DNA of 24,000 nucleotides from Dyella sp. AtDHG13 (GTDB lineage Bacteria; Pseudomonadota; Gammaproteobacteria; Xanthomonadales; Rhodanobacteraceae): NCBI RefSeq assembly GCF_003201105.1, contig NZ_QICJ01000020.1, positions 5,542 to 29,541 of the forward strand, read 5' to 3'. Shown piece by piece: positions 23,368 to 24,000 of this stretch (position 1 is its first letter; each line of letters starts with the position of its first letter). The notes under the pieces were generated by a model. It saw only the letters and a program-made list of their open reading frames with translations, ran no database searches and was not told where the DNA came from. The position numbers and the translations under genes were made by a program.

Positions 23368-24000
23368 ATGACGCAACCCCACACGCCGCTGCTCGTCCTG
23401 AGTGATGCCGAGCGCACCTTCTTCCGCGAGCAGGGCTACCTGATCCGCAAGATCCTCGATGACGTCAGCGTCGCGCGTTACGTCGCCGCCGTGGACGAGG
23501 CGCGCCGCGAAAGCGGGGAGGCGCAGCGCATGAGCAACCTGCAGTTCCTGCAGCCCGGCAAGGCCATCCGTGGCATCCAGGACATCATCTGCAACGAAGA
23601 CATCCTCGCCGTCTGCCGCGACCTGCTGGGCGAGGGCATCATCGTGGACGGTGCGTCGCTGTTCTATGCCGATGCCGGCGTCGACTACCGGCAGGGCTGG
23701 CATCGCGACGTGCTGCAGGTGCCGGACGATCAGGTGGACACGCGCTGGTTCAGCGAGGACTACCACTACAACTACGTGCAGATGAACATGCCGCTCACGG
23801 CGGATGGCTGCCTATGGATCGTGCCGGGCAGCCATCGCCGCCAGCTCGATGCGCAGGAGCGCGCGATCTTCGGCAACACCGAAAAGATGGCCCCGGTCGA
23901 GGCGCCGGAGCTGTCCACCGGAAAGCAGATCGTGCTGCAGCCGGGCGAGGCGGTGTTCTACAACAATTACGCCGTGCATCGCGGCTGGGGCGGCGTATTG
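23368..24000 (+). CDS. Phytanoyl-CoA dioxygenase (PhyH) family Fe(II)/2-oxoglutarate oxygenase, N-terminal 211 codons; 3' end beyond the window
   Basis: Not in the ORF track because there is no stop codon. I translated ATG 23368 through 24000 with no stops: MTQPHTPLLVLSDAERTFFREQGYLIRKIL...YRQGWHRDV...LWIVPGSHRR...AVHRG. This gives the H-x-D ... H facial-triad pattern of PhyH-like enzymes. Confidence 0.7.
   Translation, partial: MTQPHTPLLVLSDAERTFFREQGYLIRKILDDVSVARYVAAVDEARRESGEAQRMSNLQFLQPGKAIRGIQDIICNEDILAVCRDLLGEGIIVDGASLFYADAGVDYRQGWHRDVLQVPDDQVDTRWFSEDYHYNYVQMNMPLTADGCLWIVPGSHRRQLDAQERAIFGNTEKMAPVEAPELSTGKQIVLQPGEAVFYNNYAVHRGWGGVL

Overview
High-GC (roughly two-thirds G+C by eye) gammaproteobacterial chromosome segment. 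It looks Xanthomonadales/Lysobacterales-like, judged from glyA-nrdR-ribD order, REP-type repeats and codon usage; this cannot be verified here.

Left part (1-8.8 kb): envelope and secreted accessory genes. These are an AcvB/VirJ fragment, a tandem aspartyl-protease-PDZ protein, a Zn-ribbon/TolA-C protein, a DUF805 membrane protein, two secreted proteins, and a LysR regulator plus acyltransferase-3.

Centre (8.95-15.3 kb): a nine-gene, co-directional R-body (Reb, refractile body) locus, the stand-out region. In order it encodes an ECF sigma factor, a truncated RebB-like gene overlapping the sigma stop codon, a Pro-Ala-repeat protein, and a 716-aa protein with most of the adenosine/AMP-deaminase-type amidohydrolase motifs (the last one degenerate). 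These are followed by two small unknown proteins, two tandem full-length RebB paralogues and a Crp/Fnr regulator. The deaminase-fold enzyme inside a Reb operon is what I would follow up first.

Right part (15.3-24 kb): housekeeping genes pyrF, ettA, TetR plus an alpha/beta hydrolase, glyA, nrdR, ribD, and a partial PhyH-family dioxygenase.

Three families of intergenic repeats fill the larger gaps: REP/BIME-like hairpins, GAGTGAGAA-type palindromes, and a ~310-bp multi-hairpin MITE-like element. Many long ORFs in the track are antisense or GC-frame artefacts. All family assignments come from motif recognition by eye; no searches were run.
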